Source of the DNA: Microgenomates group bacterium
GTDB lineage: Bacteria; Patescibacteriota; Microgenomatia; UBA8517
Length of the DNA stretch: 64,000 nt
Reading direction: 5' to 3'
Assembly: GCA_049301455.1 (NCBI GenBank)
Contig: JBAQKY010000029.1
Span: forward strand, 15,597 to 79,596
Part shown: positions 1-10,313 of the stretch, one piece after another
Numbering within the stretch: position 1 is the stretch's first letter
How the letters are laid out: every line of letters starts with the position of its first letter
Position numbers and translations under genes: made by a program
The notes under the pieces: model-generated
The model's input: the letters and a program-made list of their open reading frames with translations, nothing else
Told to the model about the DNA's origin: nothing
Database searches by the model: none

Positions 1-2
1 TT

Positions 3-80
3 ACACATGAGAAGGAAGTTGCAGATAGAACAAATAGGAAAATATATATTAAGGACGGAAAGGTAGTTAATAAATATTGA
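3..80 (+). CDS. ABC transporter ATP-binding protein, C-terminal fragment (gene starts upstream of the window)
   Basis: Frame 3 reads ...EKEVADRTNRKIYIKDGKVVNKY*, with a TGA stop at 78-80. This matches the C-terminal tail of MacB/LolD-type ABC ATPases. The MacB/FtsX permease follows 21 nt downstream. Confidence 0.5.
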   Translation, partial: THEKEVADRTNRKIYIKDGKVVNKY

Positions 81-101
81 TATCAATGATTACATTATAA
101 T

Positions 102-1307
102 ATGCAAACATATATGAATTTAGTTAAAGCGTCATTTGATGACTTTAAGAGAAATAAAATTAGAACATTTTTAACTTCACTTGGAATAATGGTTGGGGTT
201 TTATCTGTTGTCCTGTTAATTGCTTTAGGACTAGGACTTAAAAATTATATTCAAGGTCAGTTTGAGAGCTTAGGTGCAAATTTATTAATTGTTTTTCCTG
301 GTAGCGTTTTCTCTGATGATAGTGGAGCAGGAGGTAATTTTGGTGCAGGTTTTGCAGGTGGAGCAAGTTTTGATGAAAAAGATGTCAGGACATTAAAGAA
401 AGTTCCAGATGTAAAATATGTAGTTCCATTATTTTCAAAAAGCATGGCGCTATCAAGTGGAAAAGAAAAAAAGCTAGGATCTGTTAATGGAAGCAGTGAA
501 GAAGCATTTGAAGTTATGAATGTTGAAATTGAAGAAGGTCGAGCTTTTGGAAAAGGTGATGTGCTTGGAAAATCAAAGAAAGCAGTAATAGGATATACAA
601 TGGCCGAGAAATTATTTATTGATCCGAAACTGGCAATTGGAAAAACTGTTAAGGCAAACGATGTAAGATTTGAAATTGTTGGTCTGGCAAAGAAAAAAGG
701 AGATAGGCAAATGGATGATGGAATATTTGTTCCCTACACTGCAACTTTTGGAACATTAAATCCTGACAAAACATTTTTTACTATTTATATTGGTACAGTT
801 TCTGAAGATACAATAGCAACAGTTAAAATTGCAGCCAAAGAAGCATTGCTTAAAAGATACAACGAAGACGATTTTTCAGTAACTGAACAATCACAAATTC
901 TTTCATCGGTTAATCAGATATTTGGAATAATTAATACAATACTTGTTGCTATTGGTTCAATTTCACTTTTTGTTGGAGGAATTGGAATTATGAATATCAT
1001 GTATTCAACAGTTACAGAAAGAACAAAAGAAATTGGAATTAGACGTGCAATTGGAGCAACTGAAAAAGATATACTTTCAATGTTTTTAACTGAGTCGGTT
1101 GTGCTCTCACTTCTTGGTGGAGTAGTTGGTTTGATTCTTTCTGCAATAATTGTTTGGGGTATTAGATTTTTCTTCCCAGCAAGTTTAAATTTGGTGGCAG
1201 TAATAGTAGCAATAGTTGTTTCTTCTGGAATTGGAATTTTATTTGGAGTTTTCCCTGCAAGACGTGCTGCAAAACTATCCCCAATTGAAGCTATTAGGTA
1301 TGAGTAG
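102..1307 (+). CDS. ABC transporter permease, MacB/FtsX family (N-terminal TM, periplasmic domain, C-terminal FtsX four-helix bundle)
   Basis: 401-aa ORF. It has an N-terminal TM helix, a large extracytoplasmic domain, and a C-terminal FtsX-like 3-TM region (IGIRRAIGAT...). This is the typical MacB/LolCE permease architecture. Confidence 0.85.
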   Translation: MQTYMNLVKASFDDFKRNKIRTFLTSLGIMVGVLSVVLLIALGLGLKNYIQGQFESLGANLLIVFPGSVFSDDSGAGGNFGAGFAGGASFDEKDVRTLKKVPDVKYVVPLFSKSMALSSGKEKKLGSVNGSSEEAFEVMNVEIEEGRAFGKGDVLGKSKKAVIGYTMAEKLFIDPKLAIGKTVKANDVRFEIVGLAKKKGDRQMDDGIFVPYTATFGTLNPDKTFFTIYIGTVSEDTIATVKIAAKEALLKRYNEDDFSVTEQSQILSSVNQIFGIINTILVAIGSISLFVGGIGIMNIMYSTVTERTKEIGIRRAIGATEKDILSMFLTESVVLSLLGGVVGLILSAIIVWGIRFFFPASLNLVAVIVAIVVSSGIGILFGVFPARRAAKLSPIEAIRYE

Positions 1308-1671
1308 TGATATAATTATAAACATGTTTTCAAAGACTAATTTAAACGACATCCAAATTGAAGGAACATCACATACTTCAGGTTCTAGAAAAATGATAGT
1401 TTCTAAAGATCAAACAACTTCAAAATATTTTGAAGCAATGACTTATGGCTACCTCCCCGCCGGAGTTAAATGGGAAATGCACGATCATACAAATATTATT
1501 GAAATATGTATTGTTACAAAAGGAAATGGGATTATAAAAGATGCGGAGGGAAAAATTGAAGAATATAAAATAGGTGATAGATTTATATTTCCGTCGAATA
1601 CAAAGCATGAAATAGAAAACAACTCTGATAGTGACTCAGAATTTTATTTGATAAGATTTCAAGACCAGTAA
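1300..1671 (+). CDS. cupin domain protein
   Basis: The cupin-like region is GYLPAGVKWEMHDHTNIIEICIVTKGNGII...GDRFIFPSNTKHEIEN. The 1216 start in the ORF track overlaps the upstream permease. ATG at 1300 (MSSD) or 1324 (MFSK) is the more likely start. Confidence 0.55.
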   Translation: MSSDIIINMFSKTNLNDIQIEGTSHTSGSRKMIVSKDQTTSKYFEAMTYGYLPAGVKWEMHDHTNIIEICIVTKGNGIIKDAEGKIEEYKIGDRFIFPSNTKHEIENNSDSDSEFYLIRFQDQ

Positions 1672-1720
1672 TTTTCCCCACTTGCATTTGGTATAACTTC
1701 GTATTATTGTGTAATTACAA

Positions 1721-2809
1721 ATGGCAAAGAAAAAGAATGAAACAGTTGAGGCTCCAGTAAAACAAGAAGGTGCTAGTCAAAAACTTCAAGCAATTAAACT
1801 TGCAATGGAACAGATTGATAAACAATATGGAAAAGGTTCTATTATGCGTCTTGGGGGTAATGCAGATAAAATGGCACAAATTGAAGTTATTCCAACTGGT
1901 GCAATTGCACTTGATTTGGCATTAGGTGTTGGAGGTTTTCCAAGAGGAAGAATAATTGAAGTCTATGGTCCAGAAGCATCAGGTAAAACAACCTTAGCAT
2001 TATCTGTAATTGCTCAAGCTCAGAAAAAAGGTGGTCAATGTGCATTCATTGATGCAGAACATGCATTGGATCCTGTAAGAGCACAAATCATTGGTGTTAA
2101 TCTTGACGATCTACTTCTCTCTCAACCAGACACAGGTGAACAGGCTTTGGAAATTACAGAAACATTAATAAGATCAGGAGCAATGGATGTAATTGTTGTT
2201 GACTCAGTAGCAGCCCTTGTCCCACGAGCAGAGCTTGAAGGTGAGATGGGAGACTCTGTTATGGGTATGCAAGCAAGACTTATGTCACAAGCTCTTCGTA
2301 AATTAACTGGTGCAATTAGTAAATCAAAAACTGTTCTTATCTTTACTAATCAATTAAGACAAAAAATTGGAGTCATGTTTGGAAATCCTGAAACAACCCC
2401 TGGTGGTCTAGCACTTAAGTTTTATTCATCAGTCAGACTTGATATTAGAAGAATTGAATCACTAAAAGGTGAAAATGATTTAATCATTGGATCGCGTGTT
2501 CGTGTCAGAGTAGTTAAAAATAAAGTAGCTCCTCCACTTCGAGTTGCAGAATTTGACATTATGAATGAAGATGGAATAAGTAGAGCGGGCAATTTGTTAG
2601 ATGTCTCTGTAGAGCTTGGTATCTTAACAAAATCTGGATCATTCTTTAACTATGATGGAAAAGTTATTGCACAAGGCAGAGAAGGATCAAAGTTATATAT
2701 AAGAGAAAATCCAAAGTTTGCAGACGAACTTGAAAAGAAAATTAGAGAGTTATCAGTTTCAGGGAAAAAACTTCCAACTGAAATTGGTGAAGATACAAAA
2801 GAGGACTAA
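1721..2809 (+). CDS. recA: recombinase RecA
   Basis: 362 aa. Walker [10 protein letters not shown] is present, and L2/L1 motifs are conserved. The segments [29 protein letters not shown] and [23 protein letters not shown] are RecA hallmarks. Confidence 0.97.
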   Translation: MAKKKNETVEAPVKQEGASQKLQAIKLAMEQIDKQYGKGSIMRLGGNADKMAQIEVIPTGAIALDLALGVGGFPRGRIIEVYGPEASGKTTLALSVIAQAQKKGGQCAFIDAEHALDPVRAQIIGVNLDDLLLSQPDTGEQALEITETLIRSGAMDVIVVDSVAALVPRAELEGEMGDSVMGMQARLMSQALRKLTGAISKSKTVLIFTNQLRQKIGVMFGNPETTPGGLALKFYSSVRLDIRRIESLKGENDLIIGSRVRVRVVKNKVAPPLRVAEFDIMNEDGISRAGNLLDVSVELGILTKSGSFFNYDGKVIAQGREGSKLYIRENPKFADELEKKIRELSVSGKKLPTEIGEDTKED

Positions 2810-2823
2810 TATATAATTGGTAT

Positions 2824-3441
2824 ATGCCAATTATCACTTCTATTAAAGCTCAAAAGAATCAGAAAAGAGTTAATATTTATTTAGATAATTCATTTGGTTT
2901 TGGTTTAGATTTAGAAAACTTCATGAAACTTCAACTGAAGGTTAATCAAGAATTAACCGAAGAAGAAAAAAATGAAATTATTAAAAAAGGAGAATTACAA
3001 AAAAGCTTTGATAAAACATTAAGATTTGTAATGACTAGACCTAGAAGTTTTAAAGAAGTAAAAGATTACTTTAAAAGAAAAGAAATTGATAACTCACTTC
3101 ATCAAAATATTTTGGAAAGACTCGAAAAATTAGAATTATTAGACGATCAAAAATTTGCAAAATGGTGGGTGGAACAAAGATTAGAGTTTAAACATAAATC
3201 GAAAAAAGATATAACTTTTGAATTAAGGCAAAAAGGAGTTGATACAAACATAATTAAAAATGTATTGGATGATAGTGAAATTGATGAATTAAAAATCGCA
3301 AAAGAGTTAATTGCAAAAAAAGAATATAGATGGAAAAGATATGAAGAAAATGAAAGAAAACAAAAAATTACACAATATCTTGCAGGAAAAGGTTTCAGTT
3401 GGGACATAATATCTCAGGCTGTTGATATAACCAGTGAATGA
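2824..3441 (+). CDS. recX: recombination regulator RecX
   Basis: 205 aa immediately downstream of recA. It is an alpha-helical repeat protein with RecX-like repeats (LRFVMTRPRSFKEVKDYFKRKEI...). The recA-recX synteny is conserved. Confidence 0.8.
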   Translation: MPIITSIKAQKNQKRVNIYLDNSFGFGLDLENFMKLQLKVNQELTEEEKNEIIKKGELQKSFDKTLRFVMTRPRSFKEVKDYFKRKEIDNSLHQNILERLEKLELLDDQKFAKWWVEQRLEFKHKSKKDITFELRQKGVDTNIIKNVLDDSEIDELKIAKELIAKKEYRWKRYEENERKQKITQYLAGKGFSWDIISQAVDITSE

Positions 3442-3495
3442 AGATATAATATACTTAGGAGATAACAAAAATGAAAATTAAACTCCAGTTAATTT

Positions 3496-4659
3496 ATGGC
3501 TACACAAACTGATTACATTAAAAAGCTAGAACTAGTTTCTAAAATGACTACTGAGGAAGCAAAGAAGATGCTCCTTGATGAAGTACAAAGAGATTTAACC
3601 TCTGAAATTGCAAAAAGAATTAGACAAGCAGAAGAAAGAGTAAAATTAGAAGCTGCTGAAAAAGCTAGAGAAATCTTAGCAGACGCGTTAAAGCATGGTG
3701 TTACAGCTTTTGTTGCAGAATATACAGTCTCCTCAATCATAGTTCCAAATGAAGAAGTAAAAGGAAGAATCATTGGTGGAGAAGGAAGAAACATTAGAGC
3801 CTTTGAGAAAGATGCTGGTGTTGAAATTATTATTGACGATACAAATGAAATTAGAATTTCTAGCTTTGATGCAATTAGACGTGAAGTTGCAAAGAGAGCT
3901 TTGGAAATCCTTGTTAAAGACTCAAGAATTCAACCATCAAGAATAGAAGAAGTTCTAAAATTGACTCGTGCAAATTTGGAAGATGTTCTTTTGGAAGAAG
4001 GTAAAAAGATTTCGGAAGAATGTGGAATATTTAACCTTCCAGTTGATCTTTTGAAGTTAATTGGAAAGTTTAAATTCAGAACTTCATATGGTCAAAATTT
4101 GGCCCATCACACAATTGAAGAAACAAAGATGGGTGTCGCCATTGCTCAAGAAATTGGAGCAAATGTAGAAATAGTTAGACTTGGATGTTTACTCCATGAC
4201 ATTGGTAAAGTTGTAACTGACGAAGAAGGAAATCACATTGATGTTGGTGTCATGACTGCAAAGAAATTTGGAATTGTTAAAGAAGCTGTCAATATTATTG
4301 CAGAACATCATGAAGACAAACCATTCTCATCAATTGAAAGTTATATCTGTTGGATTTCTGATGCTGCATCAGGATCAAGACCAGGAGCAAGATATGAACC
4401 ACACGAGGGTTATGTTAAAAGAATGGATAAAATTGAAGAAATTGTTAAAGGTTTTGATGGAGTTGAAACTGCATATGCCTTCCAAGCTGGACGTGACGTG
4501 CGTGTTTTTGTTGATCCAAATGAAGTTGATGATGACAAGTTAACAATTTTAGTTCATGATATAGCTAGAAAGCTTGAAAAAGAAGCAGAATATGCAGGTC
4601 AAATAAAAGTAACTGCAGTCAGAGAAGTTAGAGCAGTTGACACAACCAAAGCTAAATAG
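3496..4659 (+). CDS. rny: ribonuclease Y (KH + HD domains; no N-terminal membrane anchor in this ORF)
   Basis: The KH domain is IIGGEGRNIRAFEKDAGVEIIIDD. The HD domain is LLHDIGK...AEHHED. The C-terminal region is typical of RNase Y. At 387 aa it is shorter than canonical RNase Y because the N-terminal TM and coiled coil are missing. Confidence 0.85.
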   Translation: MATQTDYIKKLELVSKMTTEEAKKMLLDEVQRDLTSEIAKRIRQAEERVKLEAAEKAREILADALKHGVTAFVAEYTVSSIIVPNEEVKGRIIGGEGRNIRAFEKDAGVEIIIDDTNEIRISSFDAIRREVAKRALEILVKDSRIQPSRIEEVLKLTRANLEDVLLEEGKKISEECGIFNLPVDLLKLIGKFKFRTSYGQNLAHHTIEETKMGVAIAQEIGANVEIVRLGCLLHDIGKVVTDEEGNHIDVGVMTAKKFGIVKEAVNIIAEHHEDKPFSSIESYICWISDAASGSRPGARYEPHEGYVKRMDKIEEIVKGFDGVETAYAFQAGRDVRVFVDPNEVDDDKLTILVHDIARKLEKEAEYAGQIKVTAVREVRAVDTTKAK

Positions 4660-4685
4660 TATATTAAGCCTAACATTAATAATAT

Positions 4686-4961
4686 ATGACAAAAAGAGAC
4701 ATCGTTGAACTAGTTTCAAGAAAAGCTCATCTAACCAAGAAAGGTGCAGAAGAAGCAGTTGATGTTTTTTTAAGTGAAATTGGTAGAGTCCTCTCCAAAG
4801 GTGAAAAAGTAGTATTATCAGGTTTTGGAACATTCAGAGTTATCTCAATGAAGGGTAAAACTGTTAAAATTCCAAAGACAGATAAAATGGTAACAATTAA
4901 ATCTCACAGAGCTCCAAAATTTACCCCAGGCAAAACACTCAAAAGACAAGTAGTCAGATAA
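4686..4961 (+). CDS. hup: DNA-binding protein HU/IHF family
   Basis: 91 aa. Matches the HU fold signature: LSEIGRVLSKGEKVVLSGFGTFRV...KIPKTDKMVTIKSHRAPKFTPGKTLK (beta-arm). Confidence 0.9.
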   Translation: MTKRDIVELVSRKAHLTKKGAEEAVDVFLSEIGRVLSKGEKVVLSGFGTFRVISMKGKTVKIPKTDKMVTIKSHRAPKFTPGKTLKRQVVR

Positions 4962-4997
4962 TTTATCACTGTTGGTATATAATTAGATATAATTTAT

Positions 4998-6008
4998 ATG
5001 GACAAAGCAATTATTGTTGATCATTTGTCGAAGCAGTTTAGTGTTAACGAATCTGGTACAAGCCTAAAAGGCGCTGTCACCTCATTATTTTCCAAACCAA
5101 ATAAAAAAATAGTTAATGCTGTAAAAGATATTTCATTTACAATACAAAAAGGTGAGTTGGTTGGTTTTATTGGACCAAACGGTGCTGGTAAAACCACAAC
5201 TATGAAAATGTTATCTGGTTTAATTTATCCCACATCTGGTTTTGTCTCAGTTTTAGACTTTGATCCATTTGGAAAATCCAAGGACTTCTTAAAACAAATT
5301 TCTTTGGTTATGGGACAAAAGAATCAGTTATGGTGGGACTTGCCAGTTATTAATTCCTTTGAATTCAATAAAGAAGTCTATGAAATCAAAGAAAAAGATT
5401 ATAAGAAGAATTTGGACGATTTAGTTTCACTCCTTGGAGTCTCAAAATTTTTAAATACACAGGTAAGAAAGTTGTCACTTGGACAAAGAATGAAGATGGA
5501 ACTTATTGCAAGTCTTATATATAAACCAAAAGTTTTATTTTTAGATGAACCAACAATTGGACTTGATTTAGTTGCTCAACAAAATTTGAGAGATTTTATA
5601 TATGAATACAATAAAAAGAACGAAGCAACTGTTCTACTAACATCACACAATATGAATGATTTATCCGATCTGGCCAGAAGAGTGATTATGATAAATGAAG
5701 GTGAGTTGATATTTGATGGTGCATTAGATGATATAACTGTTAAATTTGCTCAAGATAAAATGATAAAGGCAACGCTTTCAGACAATGTCGATCCGAAGAA
5801 AATGTCCGAAATAGGAGTTGTAAAAAAGTATGCGTATCCATATGTCTACATCTCTGTACCAAGGTCAACGGTGGCATTTGCAGCAGCAGAACTTCTACAA
5901 AAGTTTCCAGTGGTGGATATAAATATTGAGGAGCTACCAATCGAAGATGTAATAAGGATGGTTTTTAGCCAAAAAGACAATTTTCAAGGCGATTTGAATA
6001 AAAAGTGA
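4998..6008 (+). CDS. ABC transporter ATP-binding protein
   Basis: Walker A is GPNGAGKTT. The ABC signature is LSLGQRMKM. Walker B is LFLDEPTIGLD, and an H-loop TSHNM is present. A C-terminal extension follows. Confidence 0.9.
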   Translation: MDKAIIVDHLSKQFSVNESGTSLKGAVTSLFSKPNKKIVNAVKDISFTIQKGELVGFIGPNGAGKTTTMKMLSGLIYPTSGFVSVLDFDPFGKSKDFLKQISLVMGQKNQLWWDLPVINSFEFNKEVYEIKEKDYKKNLDDLVSLLGVSKFLNTQVRKLSLGQRMKMELIASLIYKPKVLFLDEPTIGLDLVAQQNLRDFIYEYNKKNEATVLLTSHNMNDLSDLARRVIMINEGELIFDGALDDITVKFAQDKMIKATLSDNVDPKKMSEIGVVKKYAYPYVYISVPRSTVAFAAAELLQKFPVVDINIEELPIEDVIRMVFSQKDNFQGDLNKK

Positions 6009-6020
6009 ATATATTAAATA

Positions 6021-6842
6021 ATGCAAAAGTACCTTTCAGTTATTAAAATTTCACTTGCTCAAGAGTTCGTGTATAAGCTTAACTTCATTATGTGGAGAGT
6101 TAGAAATATTATACAAATACTTGTTTTCTTTTTTCTCTGGACTGCAGTATTTGAAACACAAACAGATAATCTTGGAGTCGAAGTTTCATATTTTGGATAT
6201 ACACAATCTTCAATTGTTGCGTACACATTTTTACTAATTTTAATTCGTTCGATTGTAATGGCAACAAAGTCGAATGATGTCTCAGGTTATATATCAAGCG
6301 GTGAGCTTTCAAATTATTTGGTTAAGCCAATCAGTTTCTTTAAATACTTGTTAGCAAGAGACGTTTCTGTAAAGTTTTTAAATATATTATTCTCTTTTTT
6401 TGAAATTCTAATTTTATATTTAGTTCTTAAGCCAATTATATTTATTCAAACAAATCCTTATCAACTTATACTGTTTATTATAAGTTTATTAATTGCAGGA
6501 TTTATTTTCTTTTCGATTATGATGCTTTCAAGTTCTGCCCCTTTTTGGGTTCCAGAAATCGGTTGGGGCGTTCAATTTTTAGTTACTGTAATTTTTGTAG
6601 AGTTTTTGTCAGGTGCATTCTTTCCACTAGATGTTTTTCCTAAACCCCTATTCGAATTCTTAAAGTTAACACCATTTCCATATTTAGTTTTTATACCCAT
6701 ACAAACATATCTGGGAAACCTGAATGTGTTTGAAACTGTTAAAAATTTAGTAATTGGTTTACTTTGGTCAGTTATCTTATGGTTAATAATGAATAAAGTT
6801 TGGAAGAAAGGATTAAAAATATATGAAGCAGTTGGTAGGTGA
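6021..6842 (+). CDS. ABC-2 family transporter permease
   Basis: 273-aa polytopic membrane protein immediately after the ABC ATPase. The hydrophobic pattern is typical of ABC-2 exporter permeases. Confidence 0.7.
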   Translation: MQKYLSVIKISLAQEFVYKLNFIMWRVRNIIQILVFFFLWTAVFETQTDNLGVEVSYFGYTQSSIVAYTFLLILIRSIVMATKSNDVSGYISSGELSNYLVKPISFFKYLLARDVSVKFLNILFSFFEILILYLVLKPIIFIQTNPYQLILFIISLLIAGFIFFSIMMLSSSAPFWVPEIGWGVQFLVTVIFVEFLSGAFFPLDVFPKPLFEFLKLTPFPYLVFIPIQTYLGNLNVFETVKNLVIGLLWSVILWLIMNKVWKKGLKIYEAVGR

Positions 6843-7644
6843 TAAATATAAATTAAATAAAACAATAGGTTTTTATTTTAAAATCTGGATATTAATGGCA
6901 AAGAACGCCATGCTGTCTTGGTTAAATAAAAGAGAGTCTGTTATTATTTTTGTTTTTGGAAAAGTCGTTCGATACTTTTTCTATTTTTCATTTTTATACT
7001 TATTGGTTACAAAAACCGATGGAATCGCAGGATTTTCTGCTAACCAAGCATTATTTTTTACAGCCACATACTCATTGATTGACACAATTGGTCAATTTCT
7101 GTTTAGAAGTGTGTATACATTTAAACAACAAGTAGTGACAGGAGATTTCGATCTTGTGCTGCTCAAACCAATTAATCCATTATTTAGGACAATTGCGGGT
7201 GGACCTGACTTGATGGATTTAATTACAATTCCTCCAATTATTGCTATTACATTTTATTTCGGTTCACTTCTTGATCCATCATTTGTAAATGTATTGATTT
7301 ATCTTTTACTTATAATAAATGGTTTATTAATTTCAATGTCTATCCATATCTTTGTAGTTTCATTAGGTATAATTACTGTTACTGTTGACCATCTGATTAT
7401 GATTTTTAGAGATTTTTCATCAATGGGTAGATTTCCAATTGATATATATAAACAACCATTAAAAGGCTTTCTAACTTTTATAGTTCCTGTTGGCATGATG
7501 TTCACTGTACCTAGCAAAGCGTTAATGGGTTTGGTAAGTCCAGTCGGAATTTTGTTGAGTTTGGTTTTTGGAGTTTTATTTTTTATTTCCTCTCTCCGAT
7601 TTTGGCAATTTGCTTTAAGGAAGTATACTAGCGCAAGTAGTTAA
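6823..7644 (+). CDS. ABC-2 family transporter permease (second subunit)
   Basis: 273-aa polytopic membrane protein overlapping the previous permease by 20 nt. It is paralogous in layout. The true start may be the internal Met (MAKNAML). Confidence 0.7.
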   Translation: MKQLVGDKYKLNKTIGFYFKIWILMAKNAMLSWLNKRESVIIFVFGKVVRYFFYFSFLYLLVTKTDGIAGFSANQALFFTATYSLIDTIGQFLFRSVYTFKQQVVTGDFDLVLLKPINPLFRTIAGGPDLMDLITIPPIIAITFYFGSLLDPSFVNVLIYLLLIINGLLISMSIHIFVVSLGIITVTVDHLIMIFRDFSSMGRFPIDIYKQPLKGFLTFIVPVGMMFTVPSKALMGLVSPVGILLSLVFGVLFFISSLRFWQFALRKYTSASS

Positions 7645-7647
7645 TAT

Positions 7648-8595
7648 ATGAAAAGAAAAATACTTGTTATTTGTGGACCTACTGCTACTGGCAAAACTTC
7701 ACTAGGGATTAGCCTTGCAAAGAAGTTCGATGGCGAAATTGTGTCTGCTGATTCAAGACAAGTTTATAGACATATGGATATTGGTACAGGTAAGGAATGG
7801 GATGATGAGGTTAAAATTTGGGGGTACGATCTTGCAGAACCAAATGAAAAATACAATGTCTCTGATTATTTTAGAGAAATGAAGATTGTAGTTTCTGATA
7901 TTTGGGATAGAAACAAACTACCTATTATTGTTGGTGGAACTGGCCTTTATATTAAAAGTTTAATTGATGGTATACCAACAGTAGATATTCCAAAAAATGA
8001 AAATCTTAGACAAAGCATAGAAAATTTAACTGTTCAAGAGATGTATGAAAAGTTAGCAACACTAGATAGTTCAAAAGCAGCTTCTTTAAATGCGTCGGAT
8101 AAAAATAATCCAAGAAGGTTGGTTAGGGCAATTGAAGTTGCTGTTTGGAATATTGAGAACGAAACACAAAAAATAGTGATTGAAAAAAGAGAAAATGTTT
8201 TAGATAGTAATGTTGAGGTTTTAACGGTTGGTTTGACTGCTGAAAATTCAGTTTTACTAAACAATATAGAAAATAGAGTTGAAAATAGAATGGAATCTGG
8301 ATTTATTGATGAAGTTGAAGAGTTATTAAAAATGGGAATATCTTGGAAAGAGCAAGCAATGAACTCTTTGGGTTATAAAGAGTCAGAAGCCTTTTTTAAA
8401 AATGGACAGACATATGAGGATTTCATAAATCTTTGGATTCGAAACGAAATGAAATATGTTAAAAGACAATTAACATGGTTTAAAAAAGACAAAAGAGTTA
8501 ATTGGTTTGACATAAAAAATCTAAGTTATCCTGATAATGTGGAAAATTTAGTAAATAAATGGTATTCTTCAATTACAAATGGTACGAAAAGTTGA
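7648..8595 (+). CDS. miaA: tRNA dimethylallyltransferase
   Basis: The P-loop and the DSRQVYRHMDIGTGK motif are in ICGPTATGKTSLGISLAKKFDGEIVSADSRQVYRHMDIGTGK. The length is MiaA-like. Confidence 0.9.
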   Translation: MKRKILVICGPTATGKTSLGISLAKKFDGEIVSADSRQVYRHMDIGTGKEWDDEVKIWGYDLAEPNEKYNVSDYFREMKIVVSDIWDRNKLPIIVGGTGLYIKSLIDGIPTVDIPKNENLRQSIENLTVQEMYEKLATLDSSKAASLNASDKNNPRRLVRAIEVAVWNIENETQKIVIEKRENVLDSNVEVLTVGLTAENSVLLNNIENRVENRMESGFIDEVEELLKMGISWKEQAMNSLGYKESEAFFKNGQTYEDFINLWIRNEMKYVKRQLTWFKKDKRVNWFDIKNLSYPDNVENLVNKWYSSITNGTKS

Positions 8596-9553
8596 AATAT
8601 CACACAAAACAATTATATTTACTTTCTTCTTTCTTGTTTCAATTTGGTTTGTCTATTACATCAGAGATATAGTTTTACAGGTCTTTGGAGCATTTCTTTT
8701 AGTCTCAATTCTTAATCCACTAATTTTAAAATTATCAAAGTATAAAATACCTAAAGCTGTATCAATTGTATTTTCATACATTCTCATCTTTGGCTTTTTA
8801 GGTTTAGCAGTTGGTTCAATTGTTCCACCTTTAGTAGAAGAGACAACCAATTTAGCAAATAGCTTACCTAGTTATTTTCAAAGTAGTGAAATATCAAAAT
8901 ACGTAAGTGATGAGGCAATGAGTCAATTTGTTTCTCAATTGGGTTCACTTCCTGGACAAGTTGTTAGAGCTGTTTTTTCTGTTTTTAATAACGTTTTAAG
9001 TATTATCACTGTTGCAATCTTTGCTTTCTATTTATTACTTGTTAGAGACAGATTAGACTCAAATTTAGAATTTTTATTTGGAAAAGATAAAGCAAAAAAT
9101 TATTCTGATCTGGTTAACGTTTTAGAGGTGAAACTTGGTGGCTGGGCAAGAGGACAATTCCTTTTGATGTTTATAATCGGACTATTAACATACACAGGTT
9201 TATTAGTTCTTGGTATTCCATATGCATTACCACTTGCCATGCTAGCTGGAATATTTGAGATAGTCCCATATGTTGGTCCAATTGTTGCTGCAATTCCTGC
9301 AGTTGTTCTAGGTTTTAGTGTTTCACCCTTTTTGGGTTTAGCAACTGTTGGTTTGACAATATTGATACAACAACTAGAAAATTATATTTTAGTTCCTAAA
9401 ATAATGGAAAAATCTACAGGGGTATCTCCAATTGTTATTTTAATCTCACTTGCAGTTGGTTACAGACTGGCAGGTATTACAGGAATGATATTTTCAATTC
9501 CACTTGTAATGATTATTCAAGTATTAATTCAAGCGAGAATAAAAGACAAATAA
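8579..9553 (+). CDS. AI-2E family transporter (PerM/YhhT-like)
   Basis: Eight TM helices. The conserved C-terminal region is NYILVPKIMEKSTGVSPIVILISLAVGYRLAGITGMIFSIPL. Confidence 0.85.
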   Translation: MVRKVEISHKTIIFTFFFLVSIWFVYYIRDIVLQVFGAFLLVSILNPLILKLSKYKIPKAVSIVFSYILIFGFLGLAVGSIVPPLVEETTNLANSLPSYFQSSEISKYVSDEAMSQFVSQLGSLPGQVVRAVFSVFNNVLSIITVAIFAFYLLLVRDRLDSNLEFLFGKDKAKNYSDLVNVLEVKLGGWARGQFLLMFIIGLLTYTGLLVLGIPYALPLAMLAGIFEIVPYVGPIVAAIPAVVLGFSVSPFLGLATVGLTILIQQLENYILVPKIMEKSTGVSPIVILISLAVGYRLAGITGMIFSIPLVMIIQVLIQARIKDK

Positions 9554-9581
9554 CTTCAAATTTGATATACTTACGCTTGTT

Positions 9582-9873
9582 TTAGAGGTGGAACAATAGC
9601 TCCAACTTTATTGTTGGAGAGGAAAGTCCAGACAGCAGAAGACAGGGTGTCCAGCGTAAGCTGGAGATTCCAAGCAATTGGAAGACAGTATAGAGCAACA
9701 GAGACGAGTCCATCGCAAGATGGGGTGAAACGTTGGCAATCCTCCCCGCTGCAACCTCCGAATTGGTCGTTTGAGGCGTTTTCCCGACATCGTAGAAATA
9801 CGATACGACCTAAGGAATGAGGGCAACAGATAGATTATTGTTTAGAAACAGAATCTGGCTTACTAGCCTCTAA
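9582..9873 (+). ncRNA. rnpB: RNase P RNA (bacterial type)
   Basis: Locally GC-rich. GAGGAAAGTCCAGAC matches the universal P4 5' strand GAGGAAAGUCCGGGC. AGGGTGTCCAGCGTAAGCTGGAG matches the E. coli AGGGUGCCAGGUAACGCCUGG region. GCAACAGAGAC matches the P10/11 region. ACAGAATCTGGCTTAC matches the P4 3' strand ACAGAACCCGGCUUA. The terminal P1 pairing is TTAGAGG at 9582-9588 with CCTCTAA at 9867-9873. The ORFs called at 9608-9826 on both strands are artefacts of this RNA. Confidence 0.8.
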
Positions 9874-9921
9874 GACTTTTTTTATTGAGAGAAACCATTA
9901 TTAGTTTATAAAAATAACAGA

Positions 9922-10266
9922 TCAGGTTTCGTCTGGATGGGATTCATTCCAGTGAAGTTTTTTGTGGCAGTTTGAACAAATCACTAAACATTTATTTATC
10001 TCGCTGGTGATTTTTTCTTTTGAAAACTTTGGTACAGAAGATATCATAGCTCCAATTTCCATTATCTTTGTCGATGGATCTAAATGATGGAATTCAAGCG
10101 TTGCTGGATGGCTTTCCTTGCAAACACTACACATTAGATGAGATTTGTACTCAACATACCAGTTTCTTAGTTCAGCACGTTTACGTCTGTCTCTAATATT
10201 TCTTGTCTCCCTGTCCCGTTGAGGGTTTGGTCTTTTGTATCCATTCCTCCATTTACCCATTATCAA
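9922..10266 (-). CDS. HNH endonuclease (small standalone)
   Basis: 114 aa. The CxxC...HH...CxxCH arrangement is CSVCKESHPATLEFHHLDPSTK...CLVICSNCHKKLH. A basic N-terminal region is present. Confidence 0.75.
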   Translation of the reverse strand: MIMGKWRNGYKRPNPQRDRETRNIRDRRKRAELRNWYVEYKSHLMCSVCKESHPATLEFHHLDPSTKIMEIGAMISSVPKFSKEKITSEINKCLVICSNCHKKLHWNESHPDET

Positions 10267-10288
10267 TTCTTACACAAATATTAATAAT

Positions 10289-10313
10289 GTGCAACATTAG
10301 CTTGATGTTGCAC
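10289..10313. promoter_or_regulatory. perfect 9-bp inverted repeat GTGCAACAT-N7-ATGTTGCAC in the divergent HNH/dtd intergenic region
   Basis: Read directly from the sequence: gtgcaacattagcttgatgttgcac. It lies between the divergent start codons at 10266 and 10371. Confidence 0.4.

Noticed and set aside
257-445. Short antisense ORFs throughout the ORF track (for example 257-445, 3513-3794, 29673-30059, 31656-32180, 45464-45772)
   Set aside because: Each is fully embedded antisense within a long, well-supported conserved gene and has low-complexity composition. These are shadow ORFs.
3471-3512. 13-codon ORF with an AGGAG RBS upstream of rny, possibly a frameshifted N-terminal extension restoring the RNase Y membrane anchor
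   Set aside because: The peptide MKIKLQLIYGYTN is not hydrophobic enough for a TM anchor and is in a different frame. Most likely it is a fortuitous short ORF.
9608-9826. Two overlapping 69-72 aa ORFs on opposite strands
   Set aside because: They lie entirely within the RNase P RNA gene. Their open frames come from the locally GC-rich structured RNA, not from coding sequence.
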